A stretch of 64,000 nt of DNA from NCBI GenBank assembly GCA_022787425.1, contig JALFWB010000006.1:23528-87527 (forward strand), read 5' to 3'. This DNA comes from Akkermansia sp. GTDB taxonomy: Bacteria > Verrucomicrobiota > Verrucomicrobiia > Verrucomicrobiales > Akkermansiaceae. The notes under the pieces are model-generated. The model saw only the letters and a list, made by a program, of their open reading frames with translations, searched no databases and was not told the origin of the DNA. Of the stretch, positions 17,817 through 26,473 are shown in pieces; position 1 is the first letter of the stretch; every line of letters begins with the position of its first letter. A program made the position numbers and the translations under genes.

Positions 17817-17831
17817 GAAGCAATCGTAGGG

Positions 17832-18761
17832 TTAGGCCGCACCGGAGGAACGCAGCCGGGGATTAAGCACGACGAGGGCCATATCCACCGCCAGATTGGC
17901 CAGTACAATGAGAATGCCGTAGAAAAGAACGAGCCCTTGGATGAGGAAATAATCGCGGTCCGTGGTAGCATTCACGAAATGCAGTCCCATGCCGGGTACC
18001 TGGAAGCAGGTCTCCACCACAAAGGAGCCGGTGATCAGGGCCGCAAAGGCCGGGCCCAGGTAGGTGACAGCCGGGAGTAGGCCACTGCGCAGCGCATGCA
18101 CAAAAAGCAGGCGCAGGGGGCGCACACCTTTCGCCCGCGCCGTGCGGATGAAATCCTGCCCGAGGACTTCTACCATGCCCCCTCGCGTGAGGCGTGCCAA
18201 GTAGGCTGCATTGATGAGGCCCAGAGTGAGGGCCGGCAGGGCCGCGCAGAGCGGGGAATCCCATCCCGCCACGGAAAGCCCCGGCACATGCATCCCGAGG
18301 GTCAGCCCCAGAACGGGAGCCACCACGAAGGCGGGGATGCAGATGCCTGCCATGGCCGGCAGCATCACGATTGTATCCGGCCAGCGGTTGCGGTAATACG
18401 CCGCCAGCATGCCGGCGGGAATCCCCAGCACAATTGCCAACAGCATCGCCAGCACACCGATGCCCAGCGAAACGGGGAAGGCTTGGGCGATAATGCTGCT
18501 GACCTGCACCCCCTCGTGCACCAAGGAGGGCCCGAAGTCGCCGTGCAGCAGAATATTCTGCCAGTAGTGCCAATACTGCACCCAAGCCCCCTGGTCCAGT
18601 CCGTAGAGGCTGTTGAGTTGCTCCATGATGTGATCCGGCAGCTTGCGATCCCCCATGAAAGGGTTGCCCGGCAAAACGCGGATGAGGAAGAAGGTGATCG
18701 TCTCCAGCACCACGAGCACGATGGCCCCTTGGAACAGTCGCTTGAGGAAGGTTTTAATCAT
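17832..18761 (-). CDS. peptide ABC transporter permease (OppB/DppB type)
   Basis: Starts MIKTFLKRLFQGAIVLVVL (typical OppB N-terminus). Loop TARAKGVRPLRLLFVHALRSGLLP. ATG 18761 lies 2 nt after the oppA-like stop. Confidence 0.9.
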   Translation of the reverse strand: MIKTFLKRLFQGAIVLVVLETITFFLIRVLPGNPFMGDRKLPDHIMEQLNSLYGLDQGAWVQYWHYWQNILLHGDFGPSLVHEGVQVSSIIAQAFPVSLGIGVLAMLLAIVLGIPAGMLAAYYRNRWPDTIVMLPAMAGICIPAFVVAPVLGLTLGMHVPGLSVAGWDSPLCAALPALTLGLINAAYLARLTRGGMVEVLGQDFIRTARAKGVRPLRLLFVHALRSGLLPAVTYLGPAFAALITGSFVVETCFQVPGMGLHFVNATTDRDYFLIQGLVLFYGILIVLANLAVDMALVVLNPRLRSSGAA

Positions 18762-20394
18762 GGCGCGGCGAGCGGATGCCGATGGCATCGAAGGGGTGAT
18801 TATCGAGCATAAGGGGGAACCAGCCGGAGACGTCGCGGTGCTTCAGGTAGGTACGGCGGCTGTGGTACAGGGGAATGACAGGCTGCGCCTCAGTCATCAC
18901 GGATTCGGCGCGGCGAAGGTGCTGCAGGCGCTCAACCGGGTCGGCACAGGCTGCGGCGGCGGAGAGGGCCGCATCGCAGTCCGCATCTCCCCATGCGGTG
19001 CAGTTGTTGCCGCCCCCTGTGCGCCACAGCTCCACAAAGGTGGCAGGATCCGGGTAATCTCCGCTCCAGTTGGAGGCCGATATATCATATTGCCCGCTGC
19101 GTTGCGCTGCCTTGTAGGCTGTCCATTCGTTCGCGCGGATATCAACGTTGATGCCGAGATTCTGCTTCCACATGGCCTGCACGCACTCGGCCAGAATGCG
19201 CTGCACATCGCGGGAGGTCGTCATGAGCTCCAGCACCGGGAAGCCGCGTCCGTCGGGGAAACCGGCCTCCGCCAGCAGGCGGCGCGCCTCGGCCAAGTGC
19301 TGCTCCTGCGTGCCGTGCGACCACCCCGGTACCACGGGTGCATACCCGGACACCGGCGGCGTGAAGGCAAAGGACGGCGACCCCACACCGCGCACCACAT
19401 CCCGTACCAAGGCCTCGCGGTCCAGTGCCAAGGAAAGAGCGCGCCGCACACGCGGGTCGTTCAGGGGCGGACGGGCGGTGTTCAGACGGTAAAACACGGT
19501 GCTGTAGTACGCATCGTTGCAGAACTCGGTCGGTGCCTTCTGCGCGGCCCAAGCGGCCATCTCCGGCGGCACGTTGTTGGTGATATGCAGCTTACCGTCG
19601 AAGAACATCCGTGTCTCCGTGTACCCATTCACGGTGGGCAGGAAGCGCACGCCTTTGTTGCGCACTTGAGCAGCACGGTGGTAGAGGGGATTCGCCCGCA
19701 CCTCCAAAAAGTTATTATACTCATGCTGAGCGAGCACATAGGCGCCGTTGCCTACCCAGTTTTCCGGTTTCGTCCACAGGCTGCGGCGGTCGAGCATCCC
19801 GCCCATGGCCTCGACATGATGCGCCGGCAGGGGACACCAGGTGAAGTGCAGAAGCAGAGGGAGGAGGTGCGGCATGGGGCCGCCCATCGTGAGCACCAAG
19901 GTGTGCGCATCCGGGGTCTGCACGCCTACGTCCTCCCAAGGGCATTCACCTTTGTTAAAACGCTCCGCATTCTTCAGCGGGTAAAGCATCTCCGCGTACT
20001 TGCCGCCGAAGCTCGGGTGCAGCATGCGGCGGAAGGCATAGGCGAAATCCTGCGCCGTCACGGGACGACCATCGCTCCAGCGGGCCTCGCACAGGCGGAA
20101 AGTCCAGACGGTGGCGTCTTCGTTCCGCTCCCAGCTCTCGGCCATGCCGGGGAGCACGCCGGTGTCGTCCTTGGGGTCGGGGCGCACCAGCCCCTCCAGC
20201 AGGGCGGTGATGATCTTTCCATCCGCCACAGCCGTCGCCTTGTGGGGGTCCAAGCTGACGGGTTCCTGTCCGTTGCCGACAATGAGGATGCCCTGCTCTG
20301 TGGCACGCTCCACGCTGCTGCGACTGTCCCCGCACCCCCCGACAACCAAGCCGAGGGCAAGGGAGAAGCACCACGCTGCCAACCTGCTCAACAT
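18754..20394 (-). CDS. peptide/nickel ABC transporter substrate-binding lipoprotein (family 5, OppA/DdpA type)
   Basis: Lipoprotein signal MLSRLAAWCFSLALGLVVGGC, with family-5 SBP length and pattern. ATG 20394 lies 7 nt after TACAAT of a TTGAGC-17-TACAAT promoter. Confidence 0.9.
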   Translation of the reverse strand: MLSRLAAWCFSLALGLVVGGCGDSRSSVERATEQGILIVGNGQEPVSLDPHKATAVADGKIITALLEGLVRPDPKDDTGVLPGMAESWERNEDATVWTFRLCEARWSDGRPVTAQDFAYAFRRMLHPSFGGKYAEMLYPLKNAERFNKGECPWEDVGVQTPDAHTLVLTMGGPMPHLLPLLLHFTWCPLPAHHVEAMGGMLDRRSLWTKPENWVGNGAYVLAQHEYNNFLEVRANPLYHRAAQVRNKGVRFLPTVNGYTETRMFFDGKLHITNNVPPEMAAWAAQKAPTEFCNDAYYSTVFYRLNTARPPLNDPRVRRALSLALDREALVRDVVRGVGSPSFAFTPPVSGYAPVVPGWSHGTQEQHLAEARRLLAEAGFPDGRGFPVLELMTTSRDVQRILAECVQAMWKQNLGINVDIRANEWTAYKAAQRSGQYDISASNWSGDYPDPATFVELWRTGGGNNCTAWGDADCDAALSAAAACADPVERLQHLRRAESVMTEAQPVIPLYHSRRTYLKHRDVSGWFPLMLDNHPFDAIGIRSPRHD

Positions 20395-20401
20395 GCGCGG
20401 T

Positions 20402-20430
20402 ATTGTAGCACAGATGAGCCGCCGGCTCAA
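20402..20430 (-). promoter_or_regulatory. promoter of the opp/ddp-like operon: TTGAGC-17-TACAAT (TGc), ATG 7 nt downstream
   Basis: -35 at 20430-20425, -10 at 20407-20402, ATG at 20394. Confidence 0.65.
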
Positions 20431-20444
20431 GTCTCGATTCTGTC

Positions 20445-21731
20445 TCACCGCCTCATCGATGCCGCAACAAACATGTGGAGCACGATAGCTATAGCCAGGA
20501 CAAACGATATAACGTCATTCGGTTCCTGTGAGGAACTGCCGAAAAGGCATACCGGAATGAGTACCGCTGCAAACACCATCGTGATGGCAAACACCGGCAG
20601 CCGCTTGCCGGACGAGGAGGAGCAGCTCAGAGTGGTCACGGCATCGGCAACGTAGTACATGGTTCCGAAGAACAACAGAAGGCTCACCATCGATTCTGCC
20701 CCGAACTCGGGCATCATTGATTTGATACCGGCTGCGCCCAAACCGATATACAAGAGCATCCACACCCCGCGCGCCATGGCCCCCGGCCGTTGCAGGAAGG
20801 CGGGGAAGCCGGGAAGAGGGGCACGCACGGCACAGGGCCGCGCCACCGGCAGTACGGCTTCCATCATAAGAGGCCCCACTGCCGATGTGAAATAAAGACC
20901 TACAAATACAATATCTATCCCGCCTGCAAATAAGCCCCGGGGTTCAGGCATCAAAAACGAACTCAGGAGACTCACTAATCCGCCCAGGCGAGTCCATAGC
21001 ACCAGGTTTTCCGTCGGGCCTGCATACGCATTGCGGGCTTGGGTCATCACGGACAGGAAGAGTACGGTCGGTGGCACAAGAAGCAGCAGAAAATAAATAG
21101 AAAATTCCGCAGGCATCCTGAAGTCATGCAGCAGAGATGCTGCACCGATGTAGTCATCAAACAGCATCCCCCCGGGTGCCAGTACATAAAACCATCCGAA
21201 GGCGAGCATCGATAACCCGGCTACCCCCGCTGCCGTCATCAGGAAGGCTAAGCCGCTGAAACTCATCGCCAGCATCCACAGCGCAATCAACCCGCAGGAG
21301 AACGCAAGCAGCAGAATCGAAAAGTACATGATGTAGCCTATCGGAAAATCCATGAAATACATGGACACGGCATACACCCCCGCCAAGATAAACGCCTGCG
21401 CTGCGAAGCTCAGCCAAATGCCCCACACCATGCGTACGGAGCTGACGGGTGCCAACCGCATGAAGTTGTTTTTACCTACATCCCCGCGCACCACCAAGCC
21501 TGCCGTTAACGGCACCAGCCCGCACACGAGCATCAGCATGGTGCCGACGGGAATACCGCGCAGTTTATCGGCAGCTAAGGCAGTATCGGCCTCGGGGAAC
21601 TCCCAGTTAAGAAAGCTGAGTGCCAACAGGGCGGCTACCGCTAGCAAATAGAGCGGTGAGCGGCGGCACTGCATCCAGCTGCGCACCATCGCTACCGGGA
21701 GGAGATCGCTGAAATAGGGTTGGGTATTCAT
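20445..21731 (-). CDS. polytopic membrane protein, putative ABC-2-like permease (paralog B)
   Basis: 428 aa, about 10-12 TM. Shares LPVAMVRS, NNFMRL.P....R.VWGIWLS and (T/P)ENLV blocks with the adjacent gene. Downstream of an ABC ATPase. Confidence 0.6.
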   Translation of the reverse strand: MNTQPYFSDLLPVAMVRSWMQCRRSPLYLLAVAALLALSFLNWEFPEADTALAADKLRGIPVGTMLMLVCGLVPLTAGLVVRGDVGKNNFMRLAPVSSVRMVWGIWLSFAAQAFILAGVYAVSMYFMDFPIGYIMYFSILLLAFSCGLIALWMLAMSFSGLAFLMTAAGVAGLSMLAFGWFYVLAPGGMLFDDYIGAASLLHDFRMPAEFSIYFLLLLVPPTVLFLSVMTQARNAYAGPTENLVLWTRLGGLVSLLSSFLMPEPRGLFAGGIDIVFVGLYFTSAVGPLMMEAVLPVARPCAVRAPLPGFPAFLQRPGAMARGVWMLLYIGLGAAGIKSMMPEFGAESMVSLLLFFGTMYYVADAVTTLSCSSSSGKRLPVFAITMVFAAVLIPVCLFGSSSQEPNDVISFVLAIAIVLHMFVAASMRR

Positions 21732-21732
21732 C

Positions 21733-22965
21733 TTATTTCTTGTTGCGGAAGGTTACAATGAAGTAGAATACGAAGGAGACTGAAAACAGGATTACATAAC
21801 TTGATCCTCCATCGACGGAATTGCCTCGAATCAAGGACAGAAGATCGATCAGACGGTCCTTCAGCACAAACAGCACAATCAGAATGAAGACGAAGGTGCT
21901 CGCGCGTTTGGTGCCGGAACGGGCACAGAAAAGATCCATGAAGGCAACCGCAAGCAATACCGCAACGACCGGCTCTGCCACGAGTTTAACGATATAGAAA
22001 AGCTGTCCATCCCGGATCATCCACGGGTGTGTATATGCAACCCATAATCCGGGAAGGGTACACAGCAATAAAGTCCACCCGGCAGGCCACATGCCGGGCA
22101 CGGTGAGCAGTCGCGGCAATACCGGGCAGGCAGAGCGTACCTTCCATGCTTCCGGCATGGGTAACGCCGTCTCCAAAATGAACACCACCTCCGGCAGCAA
22201 CATGGCCATCTGCCATATACTCTCGTTAGGAGCCGCATACACCCCCAAGCAAATCAGGCCTGCTACCCCGATGACGGCAATCACGCGGGGTAGTGCCACC
22301 AAGTTCTCCGTGGCGGAGGCGTACACACGTCGCACATGCGTCATGAAAACGAGGAAAAGGGCTGTTCCCATCAGCAGTTGGGCGGATAACACCACCGGAG
22401 CCTCGACTTCCCACACGAATAAGGAGCCGGTTCTGAGGGGAAGACATATCGCGTCGCCTATATTCAGGGCACAGATGCCGACCAATACCGCCGCCGCTTT
22501 GCCGACAATGCCGCGCAGGGAGAACGCCATCATCCACAGGGAGGTGAAGAAGCCACCGAGCAGCACTGCTACTCCCGCCAGTTTCCAAGCGTTTACACTG
22601 TCCACGGCCCACAACAGAATGGGCACAAATATCAGGACAAAGAACACACACTGTACGAGGCCGGAAAGCCAGATACCCCAAACCAGCCGACGGGAGCCGA
22701 TGGGGACCAAGCGCATGAAGTTGTTCTCGTTATTATCACCCGCTATCTGCATGCCGATCATGGCAGGCACAATTCCGCAGACTCCCGCCATCAGCCACCA
22801 AGTGACGGTGCCCGGCTTCGGGAGCTCTCCCTCGCCCGAGGTCACAACAATCCAGGCCAGCAGGATGTAGCACAGAACGGCCAAGGGATACAGCGGTGCG
22901 CATCTGCATTGGCGCAGGCTGCGCACCATCGCCACGGGCAGGCGATCGGATAAGTCGGTGCTCAT
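21733..22965 (-). CDS. polytopic membrane protein, putative ABC-2-like permease (paralog A)
   Basis: Start set at ATG 22965 (MSTDLSDRLPVAMVRS), overlapping the ATPase stop as ATGA. Paralogous to 20445-21731. Confidence 0.6.
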   Translation of the reverse strand: MSTDLSDRLPVAMVRSLRQCRCAPLYPLAVLCYILLAWIVVTSGEGELPKPGTVTWWLMAGVCGIVPAMIGMQIAGDNNENNFMRLVPIGSRRLVWGIWLSGLVQCVFFVLIFVPILLWAVDSVNAWKLAGVAVLLGGFFTSLWMMAFSLRGIVGKAAAVLVGICALNIGDAICLPLRTGSLFVWEVEAPVVLSAQLLMGTALFLVFMTHVRRVYASATENLVALPRVIAVIGVAGLICLGVYAAPNESIWQMAMLLPEVVFILETALPMPEAWKVRSACPVLPRLLTVPGMWPAGWTLLLCTLPGLWVAYTHPWMIRDGQLFYIVKLVAEPVVAVLLAVAFMDLFCARSGTKRASTFVFILIVLFVLKDRLIDLLSLIRGNSVDGGSSYVILFSVSFVFYFIVTFRNKK

Positions 22966-23924
22966 GATGCGCTCGGGGCTGTGCGGTCGTTCGCCGCATG
23001 ATTCAGGATGTCGATGAAGGTGTCTTCCAGCGCGCGGGTGCAGTGGGCAAACTCGCAGATGGGGAAGGCGGCGCACAGCTCGCGCAGTTCATCGGCCAGT
23101 TTTTGCGGGTCATCGGACAGGAAGAGGGCCGTGACGGATTGGGGGGTAACCTGCTGCACCTTCCAACGCTCGCTTTCCTGCAGGTGCAGGGTCAGCCCCG
23201 CATTGTCTCCCACCACCGCCAGACGGATGCAGGTGCCTTCCTGCTCGCCGCGAGCCAGCTCTTCGCGATTGCCCTGGCGAATAATCTTGCCGTCGTTCAT
23301 GAAGATCATGGTGTCACACATTTCTGACAACTCGGACAGAATGTGGGAGCTGATGAGCAGGGTTTTACCCTCCTTCAACAGCGTTTGCACCAGTTGCTTG
23401 AACTCCACGCGAGCCTTGGGATCCAAGCCGGCGGCGGGTTCGTCCAGTATCAGCAGACGGGGGTTGCCGATGAGGGTGCGGGCCAAGCTCAGGCGTTGCT
23501 CCTGCCCCTTGGAGAGTTTGGTCACCTTGCGATTCTGCAGGTCGGTGATATGGCAGAACTCTAACACACGGGACACCTCGCTCACGCGGTGATCGCCCAC
23601 CAGTCCGTAGGCGCGGGCAAAGAAGTCGATGTAGTCGCGGACCGTGGTCATGGGCGGCAGGCTGATGGCATCCGGCATCCATCCGATTAGAGTGCGTACT
23701 TTCTCGGGGGATTTCAGGGCATCGATGCCGTCGATGATAATCTCACCGCTGTCGGGTACGTCCAGGGTGGTGAGCATGCGCATGGCGGTGGTCTTGCCGG
23801 CGCCGTTGGCACCGATGAGGCCGACGGATTGGCCGGGGAAGAGTTCGAAGGAAATATCATCCACCGCGCGAACGGGGCCGAAGTGGCGCACCAGTTGACG
23901 GACTTGCAGTATGGGCGAGTTCAT
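22962..23924 (-). CDS. ABC transporter ATP-binding protein (ABC-2/DrrA-like) with C-terminal extra domain
   Basis: Walker A GANGAGKTT, signature LSKGQEQR, Walker B LLILDEP and H-loop SSHIL. About 90 extra C-terminal residues. Confidence 0.9.
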   Translation of the reverse strand: MNSPILQVRQLVRHFGPVRAVDDISFELFPGQSVGLIGANGAGKTTAMRMLTTLDVPDSGEIIIDGIDALKSPEKVRTLIGWMPDAISLPPMTTVRDYIDFFARAYGLVGDHRVSEVSRVLEFCHITDLQNRKVTKLSKGQEQRLSLARTLIGNPRLLILDEPAAGLDPKARVEFKQLVQTLLKEGKTLLISSHILSELSEMCDTMIFMNDGKIIRQGNREELARGEQEGTCIRLAVVGDNAGLTLHLQESERWKVQQVTPQSVTALFLSDDPQKLADELRELCAAFPICEFAHCTRALEDTFIDILNHAANDRTAPSAS

Positions 23925-23990
23925 GGTTAAAAGTGCTTTTGGGCTAGAATAGAGGGTTGAAGCCTCTGTTTCAAGGCAAAAATGTGTCAG

Positions 23991-24671
23991 CTATTCCAAA
24001 TCCAGATCGATGCCGAAGGTTGCGGATAGCTTGCCTGCATCGAAGTCCTCGGCAGCGGTGGAGGGCTCGGCAATGAGGGTTTCCGGCTGCACCTGCCGCA
24101 GGGTGAACAGCAGGGAGGGGTCGGCATCGATGAGGCAGCCGACTGCATACACGGCGGCGGCGGCGTGGGGGCAGGGTTCCGCCCAGTCCGGGCAGGTGCA
24201 GCTCATGTGCCAGTCGGCGGGCTCCGGCAGCAGCCCGGTGTTGGGGTCGCAGAGTTGCTCCAGCAGGGCGGCGTCCGTGGTGCCATCTAACAGGGACAGC
24301 AGGGAGGCGATGCGTCCGCTGCACATCGTGCGCAGGGTTTCCTGCCGTTCCTCATCGAGGGGGGCGATGCCGATCTCAATCTCGTACAGGCGCTCGGCGG
24401 AGACCAGGGCACGGATGCTCCCCGGGGTCACGCGCACATCCAGCACGCAGCCGCGGCGCAACAGGCTGCGGCCCGGGGCTAGGCACAGGCCGCCGGACTC
24501 GCAGCGGGCCAGATGCTTCATCCACGCACTGCCCCAGAAATGCGCGGCCAACTTGCGGCTGCGACTCACCACGGGGTGCAGCGTCTCGCCTCGGTCTTGC
24601 AGCTCTTTCAAGCGCTCGGCGGCTAGGCGTTCCAAATCAGCAGCCCGCAGGCGGGGCTCTTCATCACACAT
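23991..24671 (-). CDS. SWIM zinc-finger domain protein
   Basis: CTCPDWAEPCPH fits the SWIM CxCxnCxH signature near the C-terminus. 226 aa. Function unknown. Confidence 0.75.
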   Translation of the reverse strand: MCDEEPRLRAADLERLAAERLKELQDRGETLHPVVSRSRKLAAHFWGSAWMKHLARCESGGLCLAPGRSLLRRGCVLDVRVTPGSIRALVSAERLYEIEIGIAPLDEERQETLRTMCSGRIASLLSLLDGTTDAALLEQLCDPNTGLLPEPADWHMSCTCPDWAEPCPHAAAAVYAVGCLIDADPSLLFTLRQVQPETLIAEPSTAAEDFDAGKLSATFGIDLDLE

Positions 24672-25025
24672 GCGGCGGGTCTCCCTTCATCGGGAGTGAG
24701 TATAGCACATTTTGCTTACTCGGGAAAGGAAAAAGACACTCCGTCAGCTCCGGAGCCCTCAATCGAGCCCTAAGGTGTGTACCTTTCTCTGACACATCCA
24801 CCCGGACTCATTCCGGATTGCGTGCAAGGGAGGTTATCGAATATTCGAATAGGCTTGTCAATACTTTTTCGCAATTTCGGAGAGGAAACGAGCGTTCCGA
24901 GCTTTGCGAGGACCTGGGAGCGCAGAGGAAGCCACAACAGGGCCTACATATCTCCGGAGGAGCTCGAAATCATAGCTAGGGTGTCTAAGGGAGCTGCACT
25001 TTTAACGGGGATCCGGGAAAAAAAC

Positions 25026-25054
25026 TTGTCTTTTCCTCAACCATACGCTAGAAT
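25026..25054 (+). promoter_or_regulatory. promoter of acyltransferase 1: TTGTCT-17-TAGAAT, ATG 7 nt downstream
   Basis: -35 at 25026-25031, -10 at 25049-25054, ATG at 25062. Confidence 0.65.
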
Positions 25055-25061
25055 ATCGGCC

Positions 25062-26222
25062 ATGACGACACCTCAGCGCACCAAACGGATTGGTAGCATC
25101 GACGGCCTCAAGGGGCTGGCCGCTGTCTTTATTCTTGTGTTTCACTACCTGCTCGCCTTTGCACCGTACGGCCACATAGGCTTCGGCAGCGGGGTAGCAA
25201 AGCAAAATGCGGAAGCGGTGTACATGGCTTCCTTCCCCTACTCCATTTTGGTCAGCACGCCTTTTGCTCTCTATATTTTCTTCGCGCTCATCGCCTTCAT
25301 CCCCGCTCTGCGCTACATGAAGACGGGGGATGCCGGCTTCCTGTATAAACAAGCGACCGTTCGCTATGTACGCCTCATGCCGCCCACGTTGGTGGCCGCT
25401 CTGTTGGGCTACATCGGTTATGCCTGCTTCGCCGGTCAGCACACAGCCTTGGTGGAGGCCATGCGCCCCTTGACCGGAGGTGGCTGGTTAAATGCCTTGG
25501 TGTATTCGGACCTCAGCCTCGGGGATGCCCTGCAGGCCGGACTCTGGAAGTCCCTCTGCCTAGGAGATGCTCGCTATAACAGCCCGCTGTGGTGCATGAG
25601 CATCGTCCTCTTCGGTTCCTATGCGGTCTATGCCGTGTTGCTGACCTTCGGCAAACTGCAACGCCGTTGGATCATCTACCTCATCCTCGCCTTCGTCTGC
25701 GTTGCTGCGGGGGCTTCTCGCTACCTCTCCTTCTTGGCCGGTATTGCGGCGGCGGACTTCTCCCGCCAAGCGGAGCCCGGTAAGCACAGCGAGGCCTGTG
25801 CCCTGGCCTGCGTTGCCTTGGCCATCCTGATAGCCATCTTCCCGGCAGTCCTCCTCCCCTCCTTCCTGGATGCGTACACCATGCAGGGCATCGCCTGTTT
25901 CTTCTTCCTCTTCGGCATGGTACGCTCCGCCATTCTGGAGAAGATGCTGGGCCGTTCCCGCACGCTCAAGCACCTCGGCAAACTCTCCTTCGGCATCCTG
26001 CTGGTGCAATTCCCCGTCCTGCTCTACTTCTCCGCCTGGGTTTACACCTCCCTCGTCGGCTGCGACTGGAGCTACCCCGGTGCCGCTACCGTCTCCTTCC
26101 TCATCTCACTTCCCCTCGTCTACGTCCTCAGCCTCGCCTTCTACTATGCCGTAGAAGTCCCCTGCGGCAAACTCTGCAACCTCATCTACGCCCCCTTCGC
26201 TCCGGCAAAACAGCCCAGCTGA
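25062..26222 (+). CDS. acyltransferase family 3 (OafA/NolL-like) membrane protein
   Basis: MTTPQRTKRIGSIDGLKGLAAVFILVFHY N-terminus typical of acyltransferase_3, about 10 TM. ATG 25062 lies 7 nt after TAGAAT of a TTGTCT-17-TAGAAT promoter. The 95-codon upstream extension in the track is rejected. Confidence 0.85.
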   Translation: MTTPQRTKRIGSIDGLKGLAAVFILVFHYLLAFAPYGHIGFGSGVAKQNAEAVYMASFPYSILVSTPFALYIFFALIAFIPALRYMKTGDAGFLYKQATVRYVRLMPPTLVAALLGYIGYACFAGQHTALVEAMRPLTGGGWLNALVYSDLSLGDALQAGLWKSLCLGDARYNSPLWCMSIVLFGSYAVYAVLLTFGKLQRRWIIYLILAFVCVAAGASRYLSFLAGIAAADFSRQAEPGKHSEACALACVALAILIAIFPAVLLPSFLDAYTMQGIACFFFLFGMVRSAILEKMLGRSRTLKHLGKLSFGILLVQFPVLLYFSAWVYTSLVGCDWSYPGAATVSFLISLPLVYVLSLAFYYAVEVPCGKLCNLIYAPFAPAKQPS

Positions 26223-26252
26223 TTTCCCCGCCGGACTTATCCTAAACCCAAA

Positions 26253-26290
26253 ATAAGCCCTTCGCGCTCATCCCCGAAGGGCTTATTTTA
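26253..26290 (+). terminator. rho-independent terminator after acyltransferase 1 (usable in both directions)
   Basis: Perfect 12-bp stem ATAAGCCCTTCG (26253-26264) / CGAAGGGCTTAT (26275-26286), 10-nt loop, then TTTTA. An A-run on the left gives a T-rich tail on the other strand. Confidence 0.8.
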
Positions 26291-26305
26291 TCCCATCTGT
26301 TTTGA

Positions 26306-26473
26306 CTACAACATGCGCAATGCTGTAGTCAAGTGCAATTTCGTTTTCCTTTGTATCAACAAAGGATTTTTATTCTTGATACTCTTCTGAAATTCCCCGA
26401 CATGAAGAGTTATATTTCTCAAAGTCGTTGATTATCAACGTTCATAATAGGGGGTGCATTGCGCATGCTGTAT
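26306..26473. promoter_or_regulatory. candidate invertible promoter cassette (inverton) upstream of acyltransferase 2
   Basis: 18-nt inverted repeats at 26306-26323 and 26456-26473 (16/18 complementary) flank a 132-bp AT-rich segment. That segment carries TTGATA-18-TATAAC on the minus strand (-35 at 26438-26433, -10 at 26414-26409). Confidence 0.45.

Noticed and set aside
18643-20655. 670-aa ORF on the + strand
   Set aside because: It is antisense to the OppA-like binding-protein gene and the end of the permease paralog. It is Arg/Gly/Ala/His-rich with no motifs.
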